Shown here in pieces: positions 19,025 through 29,688 of a stretch of DNA of 64,000 nucleotides (position 1 is its first letter; the number at the start of each line of letters is the position of its first letter). The stretch spans positions 14,248 to 78,247 of the forward strand of contig SVRP01000003.1 of assembly GCA_015064735.1 (NCBI GenBank), written 5' to 3'. The stretch comes from Oscillospiraceae bacterium (GTDB lineage Bacteria > Bacillota > Clostridia > Oscillospirales > CAG-272). The position numbers and the translations under genes are program-made. The notes under the pieces were generated by a model. It did no database searches, was not told the origin of the DNA, and saw nothing but the letters and a program-made list of their open reading frames with translations.

Positions 19025-21400
19025 TTACTGTATCTCGGCTATATACTTACGAATAGCCGATGCGCCCTCATATTTTGCAACGTTACCGCCGGCAACTACA
19101 ACAAGGGTAGGCGCCTGCCTGATTCCGTATTCTACGGCAAGCTCCTTATTATCCTCATAGTAATACTTGGTATAAGCAATTCCTGCGTCTCCAAGGAACT
19201 TCTCTGCCATCTTACAGTTGGGGCAAGTCTTGGTAGCGAAAAGCATTATCTCTCCACCGCAAGCGCATGCAGCTTCCTCTGCCTTTTCCTCGGCAATAGG
19301 TGTTGCATCAAAATTTCTCTTTGCAAGAGAGCCTCCGATATCGTAAAGCTTACGGTTCTTGTATTCCTCTGCCTTACCGTCGTTCCAGTTCTGTACGGGA
19401 CGGTAGTATCCTGTAATACGGCTGTAAACCTCGGTCTTTTCTCCGCAGTGAGGACATACAAATCTCTCTCCGTTGATATATCCGTGCTTCTTGCATACGG
19501 AATAGGTAGGAGAAAGGGTGTAATAAGGAAGCTTATAGTTCTCCGCAATCTTGCGAACGAGATTTGCGGCAGATTCCCACGTGGGAAGCTTCTCACCGAG
19601 GAACGCATGGAATACGGTTCCCGAGGTATAGAGAGTCTGAAGCTCATCCTGAATATCAAGTGCCTCAAAGATGTCCTCGGTATAACCTACGGGGAGGTGA
19701 GAGGAGTTGGTGTAGTAGGGAGTGTTACCCTTCTCGGATGCGGTAATAATCTCGGGGAATCTCTTTACGTCATGCTTTGCAAGACGGTAGGAGGTAGATT
19801 CCGCCGGAGTTGCTTCGAGATTGTAAAGGTCGCCGTACTTTTCCTGATAATCGGAAAGTCTCTCTCTCATGTGATTGAGAACGTCCTGAGTGAACTTCTG
19901 GGCTTCCTTAGTGGTAAGGTCCTTACCTATCCACTTAGCATTGAGACAAGCCTCGTTCATACCTACGAGACCGATAGTCGAGAAGTGATTATTAAAGGTT
20001 CCGAGGTATCTCTTGGTATAAGGATACAGACCCTCATCAAGAAGCTTGGTTATAACGGTACGCTTGATCTTGAGGGAGCGAGCCGCAATGTCCATCTTAT
20101 GGTCGAGTCTTGCGTAGAAATCCTCTTCGTTTTCAGCAAGGTAAGCAATTCTGGGAATGTTGATAGTTACAACACCAACAGAACCTGTGCTCTCACCGCT
20201 TCCAAAGAAGCCGCCCGACTTCTTACGAAGCTCACGGAGGTCAAGACGGAGACGGCAGCACATACTTCTTACGTCGCTGGGCTCCATATCACTGTTGATA
20301 TAGTTGGAGAAGTAAGGAGTACCGTACTTGGAGGTCATCTCAAAGAGGAGACGGTTATTTTCGGTATCAGACCAATCAAAGTTAGAGGTAATGGAGTAGG
20401 TGGGGATAGGATACTGGAATCCGCGTCCGTTTGCGTCGCCCTCGATCATAGTCTCGATAAACGCTTTGTTGACCATATCCATTTCCTTCTTACAATCCTT
20501 GTACTTGAAATCCATTTCCTTACCGCCTACGATAGCGTTAAGCTCTGCAAGGTCAGCGGGAACGGTCCAGTCAAGAGTAATATTTGAGAAGGGCGCCTGC
20601 GTACCCCAACGGGAAGGAGTATTAACACCGAATATGAAGGATTCGATGCACTTCTTTACCTGATCGTAACTAAGGTTATCCACCTTAACGAAGGGAGCGA
20701 GGTAGGTGTCAAAGGACGAGAATGCCTGAGCGCCCGCCCACTCATTCTGCATGATGCCAAGGAAGTTGACCATCTGGTTACAAAGGGTAGCAAGGTGGCT
20801 TGCGGGAGCAGACGTTATCTTACCTGTAACACCGCCGAGACCCTCCTGAATAAGCTGCTTAAGCGACCATCCCGCACAGTAACCTGTGAGCATGGAAAGG
20901 TCGTGAATGTGAATATCCGCGTTTCTGTGCGCGTTTGCTATCTCGTCATCGTAAATTTCGGAAAGCCAATAGTTAGCGGTAATAGCTCCCGAGTTAGAGA
21001 GAATAAGTCCTCCCACGGAATAGGTAACCGTCGAGTTCTCCTTAACACGCCAGTCCATATTCTTTACGTAGCTGTCTACGATATCCTTATAGTCAAGGAT
21101 GGTGGATTTCATATTACGGAGCTTTTCTCTCTGACGTCTGTAAAGAATGTATGCCTTTGCAACGTCAGCATATCCTGCCTGAACAAGAACAGACTCAACG
21201 CTATCCTGAATATCCTCGACAGAAATAAGTCCTTCCTTTATTTTAGGCTCGAACTCTGCCGTTACCTTAAGTGCGAGAAAATCTATTACGCTGGGATGAT
21301 ACTGTTTTTCCTGTGCCTCGAATGCAAGCTTGATAGCTTCGTTGATTTTGGAAAGGTTAAACTCTGCAACCTTACCGTCTCTTTTTAAAACCTGATACAT
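19025..21400 (-). CDS. nrdD: Anaerobic ribonucleoside-triphosphate reductase (class III) fused to a C-terminal thioredoxin/glutaredoxin-like domain
   Basis: Trimmed to the ATG at 21400 (AAGGAG RBS). MYQVLKRDGKVAEFNLSKI is an ATP-cone. A Zn ribbon (CKKHGY..CPHCG) and the glycyl-radical motif SRITGYYRPV follow. The extra 75-aa tail reads EIMLFATKTCPNCKMAEKFL...RQAPTLVV, with a CxxC and a cis-Pro pattern. Confidence 0.9.
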   Translation of the reverse strand: MYQVLKRDGKVAEFNLSKINEAIKLAFEAQEKQYHPSVIDFLALKVTAEFEPKIKEGLISVEDIQDSVESVLVQAGYADVAKAYILYRRQREKLRNMKSTILDYKDIVDSYVKNMDWRVKENSTVTYSVGGLILSNSGAITANYWLSEIYDDEIANAHRNADIHIHDLSMLTGYCAGWSLKQLIQEGLGGVTGKITSAPASHLATLCNQMVNFLGIMQNEWAGAQAFSSFDTYLAPFVKVDNLSYDQVKKCIESFIFGVNTPSRWGTQAPFSNITLDWTVPADLAELNAIVGGKEMDFKYKDCKKEMDMVNKAFIETMIEGDANGRGFQYPIPTYSITSNFDWSDTENNRLLFEMTSKYGTPYFSNYINSDMEPSDVRSMCCRLRLDLRELRKKSGGFFGSGESTGSVGVVTINIPRIAYLAENEEDFYARLDHKMDIAARSLKIKRTVITKLLDEGLYPYTKRYLGTFNNHFSTIGLVGMNEACLNAKWIGKDLTTKEAQKFTQDVLNHMRERLSDYQEKYGDLYNLEATPAESTSYRLAKHDVKRFPEIITASEKGNTPYYTNSSHLPVGYTEDIFEALDIQDELQTLYTSGTVFHAFLGEKLPTWESAANLVRKIAENYKLPYYTLSPTYSVCKKHGYINGERFVCPHCGEKTEVYSRITGYYRPVQNWNDGKAEEYKNRKLYDIGGSLAKRNFDATPIAEEKAEEAACACGGEIMLFATKTCPNCKMAEKFLGDAGIAYTKYYYEDNKELAVEYGIRQAPTLVVVAGGNVAKYEGASAIRKYIAEIQ

Positions 21401-21448
21401 TGTTTTCTCCTTTTCTTTATTTTTTGATTGCATATATCGACATATAAT

Positions 21449-21477
21449 AGTATACCCCATTTATTATCCTTTGTCAA
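21449..21477 (-). promoter_or_regulatory. Promoter of nrdD-trxB
   Basis: Minus strand: TTGACA (21477-21472), a 17-nt spacer, then TATACT (21454-21449). Confidence 0.5.
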
Positions 21478-21487
21478 TTGTGAGAAA

Positions 21488-21503
21488 TCACAATATATTG
21501 TGT
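21488..21503. promoter_or_regulatory. NrdR box 1
   Basis: TCACAATATATTGTGT. The inner 14 nt, CACAATA|TATTGTG, are a perfect palindrome matching the known NrdR-box pattern acaCwAtATaTwGtgt. It sits 10 nt upstream of the -35. Confidence 0.65.
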
Positions 21504-21519
21504 TATAAATTGGGTGTTT

Positions 21520-21535
21520 TCACTATATATTGTAT
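21520..21535. promoter_or_regulatory. NrdR box 2 (imperfect)
   Basis: TCACTATATATTGTAT. It is 32 bp centre-to-centre from box 1, which is the usual tandem spacing. Confidence 0.5.
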
Positions 21536-21570
21536 TTTTCTTTAAACATTGCACTATATTCGGTACTGTA

Positions 21571-21609
21571 AAAAGATACCGCATTGCACCCTGCAATGCG
21601 GTATCTTTT
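21571..21609 (-). terminator. Terminator of the amino-acid ABC operon
   Basis: 14-bp stem GATACCGCATTGCA / CCC / TGCAATGCGGTATC, followed by a T-run on the minus strand. Confidence 0.75.
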
Positions 21610-21612
21610 CTA

Positions 21613-22344
21613 TTACAGTACACTCTGCAAGAACTTTTGCAGTCTGGGATTTTTAGGATTTGCAAAGAACTCCTCGGGAGCCGCTTCCTCAGCTATAACA
21701 CCGTCGCACATGAACAGTATCTTATCCGCAACCTCACGGGCAAAGCCCATTTCGTGAGTTACTACCACCATGGTCATTCCGTCGCGGGCAAGCTCCTTCA
21801 TAAGGTCAAGAACCTCTCCTACCATTTCGGGGTCAAGGGCTGACGTAGGCTCGTCGAAAAGGAGAACCTCGGGATTCATAGCAAGCGCACGCGCGATTGC
21901 TATTCTCTGCTTCTGTCCGCCCGACAGCGTTGAGGGATATGCGTTTGCCTTGTCGGGAAGCCCTACGCGCTCAAGAAGCGCCATAGCCTTCTTCTCTGCC
22001 TCCTCCTTACTCATAAGCTTAAGCTTTACGGGAGCAAGCGTAAGATTTTCAAGTATTGTCTTGTGGGGGAACAGATTGAAATGTTGGAACACCATTCCCA
22101 TTTTTTGTCTTACCTTATTTATATCGCACTTTTTGGAGTTTATTTTTTCACCGTGAAAATAAATTTCTCCGTCAGTGGGTACTTCAAGAAGGTTCAGACA
22201 ACGCAGAAAAGTACTCTTTCCTCCGCCGGAAGGTCCTACGATTACGATTTTATCGCCTTTTTCAATTTTATAATCAATTCCGCGGAGAACCTTTATCTCT
22301 CCGTTTTCACCGAAATCCTTATATAGATTTTTAACGTCTATCAC
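21613..22344 (-). CDS. Amino acid ABC transporter ATP-binding protein
   Basis: Trimmed to the GTG at 22344 (AGGAGG 10 nt upstream). Walker [10 protein letters not shown], signature LSGGQKQR, Walker [12 protein letters not shown]. Confidence 0.85.
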   Translation of the reverse strand: MIDVKNLYKDFGENGEIKVLRGIDYKIEKGDKIVIVGPSGGGKSTFLRCLNLLEVPTDGEIYFHGEKINSKKCDINKVRQKMGMVFQHFNLFPHKTILENLTLAPVKLKLMSKEEAEKKAMALLERVGLPDKANAYPSTLSGGQKQRIAIARALAMNPEVLLFDEPTSALDPEMVGEVLDLMKELARDGMTMVVVTHEMGFAREVADKILFMCDGVIAEEAAPEEFFANPKNPRLQKFLQSVL

Positions 22345-23719
22345 TCTTACGAAGCCTCCTTTCCAGAAGCGATACAAGATAAGAAAGCGCCAGCACGAGC
22401 ACAAGGTATATCAGTGCTACGGCAATAAGCGGCATAAAGTTACTGTAAGTCAGCGATCTTATCTTCAATCCACCCTGAGTAAGGTCTGCAACTCCTATGT
22501 AGAAGGCAACAGATGTTTCCTTAAGCAAAGTAATAAATTCGTTTGCAAGGGATGGCAAAATCGCCTTGAATGCCTGAGGAACAACTATGTGCCACATAGT
22601 TGCAACATAACCGAGTCCCAAGCTTCTTCCCGCCTCCGACTGTCCGTCGTCAACAGCCATAATTCCTCCTCTGATTATCTCGGAAACATACGCACCAGAG
22701 TTTACACCGAAGCATATTACCGCTGCGGGGAATTTTTCTATTCCGACCGGAAGCAACAGGACGAAATAGATTATCATGAGCTGAATCATGACCGGTGTTC
22801 CGCGTATGATTGAAAGATATACCTTGCATATCTTATCAAGCACAATAAGCTTTCCGGTCTTTGCGTACGTACAGCGTACAACGGCGATTACAACACCGAT
22901 TACGATTCCGAGGACAAGTGCAAGAGCTGTTATGGCAAGGGTCGTGCCCAAGCCCTTAGCAAGATATTTCCATCTTCCGTCCTTTATAAAGTTACGGTGG
23001 AATTCGTCCTTAAAGTTGTTCCATGTACGTCTTATTGCGGTTGAGGTATCGGGTCTTTCGGAAGAATAGTTCTTAAGGGATATTCCGCCGACGCAACCGT
23101 CTCTGAGCGCGTTATCTCTGCTGATATCGTGAGTCTTGCCGTCGGAATCAACGTAAGACATTGTTCCGTTGATCCTATCCTGCACGTCAAGGATCCCGCC
23201 AAATACCGTATTCACGGTTTCATCGGAAAGGTGGAGCTTTATTCCTTCGTTTCTCGTTTCGTAAGCATAAATATCTATCTCTCTTTCCGGAGTACGTTCT
23301 GCGGATGCAATATATTTATTTAGTGTATTTTCGGCTTGTATCTGTCCCATTACCGCGCTGAATGCATCTGCGGCAGAAGCAACTATTTCATTTATTGCTT
23401 CTTCGTTTATAGACGTTTTAACGTCCAATGTGGTATAAGTGCAATGAAAAACAAGTTCTTTATTTTTTCTTGATTCCACCGATTTGACGGTTACAACCGT
23501 GTTTTTTCTTATTTCAATTGCACTCTTTGCAATGTTAACGGGAAGGTCGTCAAGTGTAGTATCCACAAGTGTTTGCGCTTCCTCCACCGAGATATCCTTT
23601 GCTTTACCCGACGTTATTATACTGTCGATGGCAACCAAAGCTCCGACTATGGCGGCTACCGCAAGAATAACCGACAGAACAACTATCAGTCTGCGGAGCC
23701 TTTTATCCATTTTTTTCAT
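22331..23719 (-). CDS. Amino acid ABC transporter permease with a roughly 250-aa extra N-terminal extracytoplasmic domain
   Basis: The C-terminal approximately 215 aa are a HisM/GlnP-type permease (EAA-loop region [10 protein letters not shown]). The N-terminus has one TM ([21 protein letters not shown]) followed by an unassigned soluble domain. Confidence 0.8.
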   Translation of the reverse strand: MKKMDKRLRRLIVVLSVILAVAAIVGALVAIDSIITSGKAKDISVEEAQTLVDTTLDDLPVNIAKSAIEIRKNTVVTVKSVESRKNKELVFHCTYTTLDVKTSINEEAINEIVASAADAFSAVMGQIQAENTLNKYIASAERTPEREIDIYAYETRNEGIKLHLSDETVNTVFGGILDVQDRINGTMSYVDSDGKTHDISRDNALRDGCVGGISLKNYSSERPDTSTAIRRTWNNFKDEFHRNFIKDGRWKYLAKGLGTTLAITALALVLGIVIGVVIAVVRCTYAKTGKLIVLDKICKVYLSIIRGTPVMIQLMIIYFVLLLPVGIEKFPAAVICFGVNSGAYVSEIIRGGIMAVDDGQSEAGRSLGLGYVATMWHIVVPQAFKAILPSLANEFITLLKETSVAFYIGVADLTQGGLKIRSLTYSNFMPLIAVALIYLVLVLALSYLVSLLERRLRKSDRR

Positions 23720-23807
23720 TAATGATAAGCCTTCTTTCAATCTTCTTTAAGATATAAATAGCAAAAAAATAGAAAGTCGAGACTTTCTATTTTTTTGCAA
23801 GAATCTA

Positions 23808-24605
23808 TTATTTTGCAATATACTTGTCAAGAATTGCGGGAATAGTGCCGTCTGCGGTAAGCGCATAGATCGCTGCGTTGATCTTTTCAAGAAGAGCACC
23901 GTTTTCCTTATTAACGCAGATTGCATATGCCTCGTTGGCATACTCGGTATCAAGAATCTTGAGTCCGGAGTTAGCAGCTACAAGTGCCTTTGCAGGCTCG
24001 TTATCTATGATAACGCAGTCAACAGAACCGCCCTTAAGAGCCATAACAGCGTTGCTGCCGTTGGAGTATCTTACTACTCTTTCATCACCGAGATCCCATG
24101 TAGAATAGGTATCTCCGGTTGTTCCCTGCTGTACACCTGCCTTGTAGGTTGCGCCATCAGCAAAAAGATCGTCAACAGTCGTTATAGGAGAGCCATCGGC
24201 AACGATTACAACCTGAACACCGGTTGCATAGCTTGTAGAGAAGTCAACCTCTTTAAGTCTGTCCTCGGTTATTGTCATACCAGCCATACCGAAGTCAGCG
24301 GAGCCTTCCTTAACTGCGGTGATAATGGTGTCGAATTCCATATCCTTGATCTCAAGGTCCATGTTAAGGTAGTTGGCAACAGCCTGCGCAATCTCAGCAT
24401 CAACGCCTACGATCTTATCACCCTCGTAGAATTCGTAGGGCGGGAAGTATGCGTTAGTAGCCATTACAAGCTTTTCCTTGGGAGCGGGGGCATTGGTTTC
24501 TCCGTTATTTTCGTTTACTTCAGTTTTATCCTTACAAGAGGTAAGAACACAGAATGTTGCGCAGATCATAACAAGCGCAAGAGCAAGTGCTAAAATTTTC
24601 TTCAT
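23808..24605 (-). CDS. Amino acid ABC transporter substrate-binding lipoprotein
   Basis: Trimmed to the ATG at 24605 (GGAGG RBS). MKKILALALALVMICATFCVLTSC is a signal peptide with a lipobox. The rest looks like a family-3 SBP. Confidence 0.8.
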   Translation of the reverse strand: MKKILALALALVMICATFCVLTSCKDKTEVNENNGETNAPAPKEKLVMATNAYFPPYEFYEGDKIVGVDAEIAQAVANYLNMDLEIKDMEFDTIITAVKEGSADFGMAGMTITEDRLKEVDFSTSYATGVQVVIVADGSPITTVDDLFADGATYKAGVQQGTTGDTYSTWDLGDERVVRYSNGSNAVMALKGGSVDCVIIDNEPAKALVAANSGLKILDTEYANEAYAICVNKENGALLEKINAAIYALTADGTIPAILDKYIAK

Positions 24606-24646
24606 TTTTAATTCCTCCAAATGAAATAATAAAAATTTACAAGGGT

Positions 24647-24675
24647 ATTATAACGCATAAATATGCGAAAGTCAA
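24647..24675 (-). promoter_or_regulatory. Promoter of the amino-acid ABC operon
   Basis: Minus strand: TTGACT (24675-24670), a 17-nt spacer, then TATAAT (24652-24647). Confidence 0.55.
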
Positions 24676-24706
24676 TAGATTTATTGAATGTTTTTTCACA
24701 ATATCC

Positions 24707-27550
24707 TTATTTTGGACTGCTTTTCGTGAATATTTTCTTAAGGTAAGCTCCCGTATAGGACGTCTCGCACTCGGCAATCTGCTCGGGAGTGCCCGTGGCA
24801 ACGACAGTACCGCCCTTGTCCCCTCCCTCGGGTCCGAGGTCGATAATATAGTCGGCAGTCTTTATTACGTCAAGATTATGCTCTATGACTATAAGGGAAT
24901 TTCCGGCGTCGCAAAGCCTTTGCAAAACGTCGATAAGACGGGATACGTCATCGCTGTGAAGCCCCGTCGTAGGCTCGTCAAGAATATAGACCGTCTTGCC
25001 CGTGCTTCTCTTTGAAAGCTCTGTCGCAAGCTTAACTCTCTGCGCTTCTCCGCCCGACATGGTAGTCGAGGGCTGACCGAGCTTGATATAGCCAAGTCCT
25101 ACGTCGCACATGGTTTTCAGTCTGTTCTTTATTCTCGGTATGCCGTCAAAGAAGGTATGCGCCTCCTCGATAGTCATATTGAGAACGTCGGAAATATTCT
25201 TTCCTTTATATTTCACCTCAAGGGTATCTCTGTTATAGCGTTTACCCTTGCAGACGTCGCAGGTTACGTAAACGTCGGGAAGAAAATGCATTTCTATCTT
25301 CTTCAAGCCGTCTCCCTCGCAGGCCTCGCACCGACCTCCCTTAATATTGAAGGAAAATCTTCCCGATTTATATCCTTTTGCCTTCGCGTCGGCAGTGCTT
25401 GCGAAAAGATCGCGGATATCGGTAAACAGTCCCGTATAGGTTGCGGGATTCGACCTCGGTGTTCTTCCTATGGGGCTTTGGTCTATAACTATTATCTTGT
25501 CAAGCGCTTCTGTTCCCTTTATATCCTTGCAATTGACGTGAGAGCGGATCGCGCCGTTAAGGGTTCTCGAAAGGGCGGGATTTATAATTCCATTAACAAG
25601 CGAGGATTTTCCCGAGCCCGACACACCCGTAACGCATACGAAGCAGCCGAGGGGGATATCAACGTTAATATTTTTGAGGTTATGCTCGTAAGCTCCTATG
25701 ACACTTAACTTATTTCCGTTGCCTTCTCTTCTCTTCTCGGGTATTTTTATGCACTTTCTTCTTGAAAGATACGCGCCGGTTATGGACTTGGGGTCTTTTG
25801 CCACCTCTTCGGGGGTTCCCGCCGAAACCACCTCTCCTCCGTGAATACCCGCCCCGGGACCTATATCAACGATATAGTCGGATTCCTGCATAGTCTCCTC
25901 ATCGTGTTCCACGACTATTACGGTATTTCCTATATCGCGGAGCTTTTTGAGGGTCGCTATAAGCTTTGTGTTATCTCTTTGATGAAGCCCTATACTCGGC
26001 TCGTCAAGAATATAAAGGACGCCCACAAGAGCCGAGCCTATCTGAGTCGCAAGTCGTATTCTCTGCGCTTCGCCCCCCGAGAGAGACCCTGCCTTTCTCG
26101 TAAGGGTAAGATATTCAAGCCCCACACTTACAAGAAATCCGAGTCTGCCCCTTATTTCCTTTAATATTTCCGCGGAAATAATCTTTTCCATGCCCTCGGG
26201 CTCAAAGGCATTTATAAATTCAAGCGCAGCCTCTACCGACAGCTTACAGAAATCATCAATATTTTTTCCGCCAACCGTAACGGAAAGCGAGTTGGGAGAA
26301 AGTCTTTTCCCATTACATACGGGGCAAGGCGCCTCCTCGATAAACTGCTCGTAATAGTCGTCGTTACCCATCTGAGAAATGCGGTTCTCTATCATTTTTA
26401 CGATTCCCTCAAAGGGAGTCATCTGCTTTCTGCCCACACCGCCGAACCAACGCTCGATTTCATAAAGCTCGCTTCCCGAGCCGTACAAAAGGACATTATA
26501 CGCTTCCTTTGATAAGTCTTTAATTGGGGTATCAACGTCAAAGCCGTATCTTTTACCGACAGCAATAAAGAGCGGCCCGTTCCAGCTCTGCTCGTCCATG
26601 GTCTTAAAGCCATTTACGGCAATTGCTCCCTGACGGAGCGAAAGTCTGTCATCGGGTATAAGTCTGTCCACTGCGATTCTGCGCATCTCTCCAAGTCCCG
26701 CGCAATGAGGACACGCGCCTGCGGGATTGTTAAAAGAGAACATTCTCGGCTCAAGCTCGCCGAAGGATATATTATGCTCCTCGCAAGCATAGCTTTGAGA
26801 AAATTCAAGCTCCTTTGGCTCTCCTGTTCTCGGCACGGTAGAGATTATGAGGTGTCCGTCCGCAAGCTTCAATGCGTTTTCCACCGAATCCGATACCCTG
26901 CTTCTTATGTCGGGCTTCATAACGAGACGGTCTACCACCACCTCGATATCGTGCTTTTTATTTTTATCAAGCTTTATTTCCTCGGAAATATCGTAAAGGC
27001 TTCCGTCAACTCTGACTCTCACGTATCCGCTTTTCTTGGCGGACGCGAAAACCTTTTCGTGCATTCCCTTCTGAGCTCTTACGACGGGAGCGAGAACCAT
27101 GAATCTCTCTCCCTCGGGAAGCTCCATGATCTTATCAATTATTACGTCGGTAGACTGTCTCCGAATTTCCTTACCGCACACGGGACAGTGAGGAATTCCT
27201 ATTCTTGCGTAAAGCAAGCGCAAATAGTCGTATATTTCGGTTACCGTTCCAACCGTCGAACGGGGATTTTTGGACGTTGTTTTTTGGTCTATTGCTATGG
27301 CGGGAGAAAGTCCCTCTATAAGGTCCACGTCGGGCTTATCCATCTGACCCAAGAACTGTCGTGCGTAAGAGGACAGCGACTCAACAAATCGTCTGTGTCC
27401 CTCCGCATAGAGAGTATCAAACGCGAGAGAGGATTTTCCCGAGCCCGAAAGTCCCGTGAGGACCACGAGCTTATCTCTCGGTATGTCTACGTCTATATTT
27501 TTCAGATTATTTACGCGAGCGCCGCGTATAACTATTGATTTTGTTGCCAT
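24707..27550 (-). CDS. uvrA: Excinuclease ABC subunit A
   Basis: 947 aa with two ABC modules ([14 protein letters not shown] and [10 protein letters not shown]) and Zn-finger cysteines. Confidence 0.95.
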   Translation of the reverse strand: MATKSIVIRGARVNNLKNIDVDIPRDKLVVLTGLSGSGKSSLAFDTLYAEGHRRFVESLSSYARQFLGQMDKPDVDLIEGLSPAIAIDQKTTSKNPRSTVGTVTEIYDYLRLLYARIGIPHCPVCGKEIRRQSTDVIIDKIMELPEGERFMVLAPVVRAQKGMHEKVFASAKKSGYVRVRVDGSLYDISEEIKLDKNKKHDIEVVVDRLVMKPDIRSRVSDSVENALKLADGHLIISTVPRTGEPKELEFSQSYACEEHNISFGELEPRMFSFNNPAGACPHCAGLGEMRRIAVDRLIPDDRLSLRQGAIAVNGFKTMDEQSWNGPLFIAVGKRYGFDVDTPIKDLSKEAYNVLLYGSGSELYEIERWFGGVGRKQMTPFEGIVKMIENRISQMGNDDYYEQFIEEAPCPVCNGKRLSPNSLSVTVGGKNIDDFCKLSVEAALEFINAFEPEGMEKIISAEILKEIRGRLGFLVSVGLEYLTLTRKAGSLSGGEAQRIRLATQIGSALVGVLYILDEPSIGLHQRDNTKLIATLKKLRDIGNTVIVVEHDEETMQESDYIVDIGPGAGIHGGEVVSAGTPEEVAKDPKSITGAYLSRRKCIKIPEKRREGNGNKLSVIGAYEHNLKNINVDIPLGCFVCVTGVSGSGKSSLVNGIINPALSRTLNGAIRSHVNCKDIKGTEALDKIIVIDQSPIGRTPRSNPATYTGLFTDIRDLFASTADAKAKGYKSGRFSFNIKGGRCEACEGDGLKKIEMHFLPDVYVTCDVCKGKRYNRDTLEVKYKGKNISDVLNMTIEEAHTFFDGIPRIKNRLKTMCDVGLGYIKLGQPSTTMSGGEAQRVKLATELSKRSTGKTVYILDEPTTGLHSDDVSRLIDVLQRLCDAGNSLIVIEHNLDVIKTADYIIDLGPEGGDKGGTVVATGTPEQIAECETSYTGAYLKKIFTKSSPK

Positions 27551-27553
27551 TTA

Positions 27554-29524
27554 TTATTTTCCTTTTCTCAGCTCAGCAATTCTGTCCCGCAGATATGCCG
27601 CCTGCTCGAATTCAAGATTTTTAGCCGCAAGCTTCATTTGTCTTGTTAGGGTCTCGACCATCTTGTCGCGCTCCTTGGCTGAAAGCTTCTTGACGGCTTC
27701 CTTATTTTTCTTTTCAGCCGCCTTGCCGATCTCAATTACGTCTCTTACGTCCTTTACGATAGTCTTTGGAACTATTCCGTTAGCCTCGTTGTATTCCTTC
27801 TGTATCCTTCTTCTTCGCTCGGTCTCACCTATTGCGGCTTTCATAGATGCCGTCACATGGTCGGCATACATTATTACTCTGCCCTCCGCGTTTCGCGCAG
27901 CACGTCCTATGGTCTGTATAAGACTTCGCTCGGCGCGCAAAAATCCTTCCTTATCGGCATCAAGGATTGCTACCAAGGACACCTCGGGAATGTCAAGTCC
28001 CTCGCGCAAAAGATTTATTCCAACAAGCACGTCAAAAACACCGAGACGGAGATCGCGAATTATCTGCATACGCTCAAGCGTATCTACGTTATAGTGAATA
28101 TACTTGACCTTTATTTCGTTGCTTTCAAGATATTCCGTAAGGTCCTCTGCCATTTTTCTTGTAAGGGTCGTTACGAGAACTCTTTCGTTTTTCTTGGTCC
28201 GCATGCGTATTTCACCCATAAGGTCATCGATCTGACCCTCTATGGGTCTTACCTCGACCTCGGGGTCAACGAGACCCGTAGGACGGATTATCTGCTCTAC
28301 GATATTTTCGGAATTTTCGATTTCGTAATCTCCGGGGGTCGCGCTTACGAATATTGTCTGGTTGAGCTTTGACTCAAATTCCTCAAAAAACAGAGGACGG
28401 TTATCGTAAGCCGAGGGCAAACGGAAGCCATATTCTATAAGATTTTTCTTTCTTGCCGTATCGCCGCCGCTCATTCCCCTTACCTGAGGCAGGGTTACGT
28501 GAGACTCGTCCACAAACAGCAAAAAGTCCTTGGGCATATAATCAAGAAGTGTTTCGGGTGTTGAGCCTGCGGGTCTGCCCGCAAGAATTCTCGAATAGTT
28601 TTCAACGCCCGAGCAAAATCCCACCTCGCGGAGCATTTCCATGTCGTATTTTACACGTTCCTCTATTCTTTGAGCTTCGATAAGCTTACCCTCGGATTTG
28701 AAGAACTCGACCCGCTCGGTCATTTCCTCGAATATTTCCTTTATGGCGCGCTCTCGCTTCTCGTCGGACACGGCGTAGTGGGTTGCGGGGTATATTGCTA
28801 CGTAGCTGAGCTCCTTTAGCACCTCGCCCGTTACGATGTTTATTTCGGATATTCTGTCGATCTCGTCGCCGAAAAATTCCACTCTCCATGCCTTGTCCTG
28901 CATATTTGCGGGGATGAGGTCAACGGTGTCTCCCTGAACTCTGAATTTATCACGCTCAAGGGATATATCGTTGCGGTCATAGCTTATGGAAACAAGGCGC
29001 TTTATAAACTCGTCTCTGTCCATCATCATACCGGGACGGAGCGCAAGTACGAGATTTTGGTACTCAATGGGGTCTCCGAGAGAATATATACATGATACGC
29101 TGGCGACGATTATTACGTCTCTGCGTTCAAAAAGCGCAGAGGTCGCGCTGTGGCGGAGCATATCTATCTCGTCGTTTATCATAGCGTCCTTTTCGATATA
29201 CATATCCTTGCCGGGAATATATGCCTCGGGCTGATAGTAGTCGTAATAGGATACGAAATACTCAACGGCATTTTCGGGAAACATCTCACGGAATTCCGAG
29301 CAAAGCTGTCCCGCAAGGGTCTTGTTGTGGGCAAGCACCAAGGTGGGCTTGTTCACGTTAGCGATAATATTCGCCATGGTATATGTCTTACCCGATCCCG
29401 TAACACCGAGAAGGGTCTGCTTTTTCAAGCCTTTATTTACTCCCTCCGTCAGCTTACGAATTGCCGCCGGCTGATCTCCCGACGGCTCATAATCGGAGCG
29501 GAGCTTAAATTTATTGTAGGTCAT
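27554..29524 (-). CDS. uvrB: Excinuclease ABC subunit B
   Basis: GVTGSGKT Walker A, VDESHVT box, and a C-terminal UVR motif ([14 protein letters not shown]). Confidence 0.95.
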   Translation of the reverse strand: MTYNKFKLRSDYEPSGDQPAAIRKLTEGVNKGLKKQTLLGVTGSGKTYTMANIIANVNKPTLVLAHNKTLAGQLCSEFREMFPENAVEYFVSYYDYYQPEAYIPGKDMYIEKDAMINDEIDMLRHSATSALFERRDVIIVASVSCIYSLGDPIEYQNLVLALRPGMMMDRDEFIKRLVSISYDRNDISLERDKFRVQGDTVDLIPANMQDKAWRVEFFGDEIDRISEINIVTGEVLKELSYVAIYPATHYAVSDEKRERAIKEIFEEMTERVEFFKSEGKLIEAQRIEERVKYDMEMLREVGFCSGVENYSRILAGRPAGSTPETLLDYMPKDFLLFVDESHVTLPQVRGMSGGDTARKKNLIEYGFRLPSAYDNRPLFFEEFESKLNQTIFVSATPGDYEIENSENIVEQIIRPTGLVDPEVEVRPIEGQIDDLMGEIRMRTKKNERVLVTTLTRKMAEDLTEYLESNEIKVKYIHYNVDTLERMQIIRDLRLGVFDVLVGINLLREGLDIPEVSLVAILDADKEGFLRAERSLIQTIGRAARNAEGRVIMYADHVTASMKAAIGETERRRRIQKEYNEANGIVPKTIVKDVRDVIEIGKAAEKKNKEAVKKLSAKERDKMVETLTRQMKLAAKNLEFEQAAYLRDRIAELRKGK

Positions 29525-29558
29525 AAATCTGCCTCCGTGCCTTTGTATACTCTCATTT

Positions 29559-29587
29559 AGTATATCATATCTTCGTAAAAATTACAA
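29559..29587 (-). promoter_or_regulatory. Promoter of uvrBA
   Basis: Minus strand: TTGTAA (29587-29582), a 17-nt spacer, then TATACT (29564-29559). Confidence 0.5.
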
Positions 29588-29604
29588 GTAGATGTTTTTA
29601 ATTG

Positions 29605-29652
29605 AAAAAAGGTTCTGTAAAATATTGCGGCAACGCAACGTTTTACAGAACC
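29605..29652 (-). terminator. Terminator of the lipoprotein gene
   Basis: GGTTCTGTAAAA (29611-29622) pairs with TTTTACAGAACC (29641-29652). A T-run follows on the minus strand. Confidence 0.65.
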
Positions 29653-29688
29653 AGATGAAAGCGCTATTTATGTAATTTGGATTTTTTA

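Noticed and set aside
19448-20587. A 379-aa plus-strand ORF, with further ORFs at 20795..21388 and 7661..8512.
   Set aside because: They lie antisense to nrdD and to ispG/rseP respectively and are shadow ORFs.
29562-29575. A LexA (Cheo-type) box in the uvrB promoter: CGAAGATATGATAT on the minus strand.
   Set aside because: Only about 10 of 14 positions match CGAACATATGTTCG, and both critical GAAC/GTTC half-sites are broken. It is more simply explained as the -10 region.
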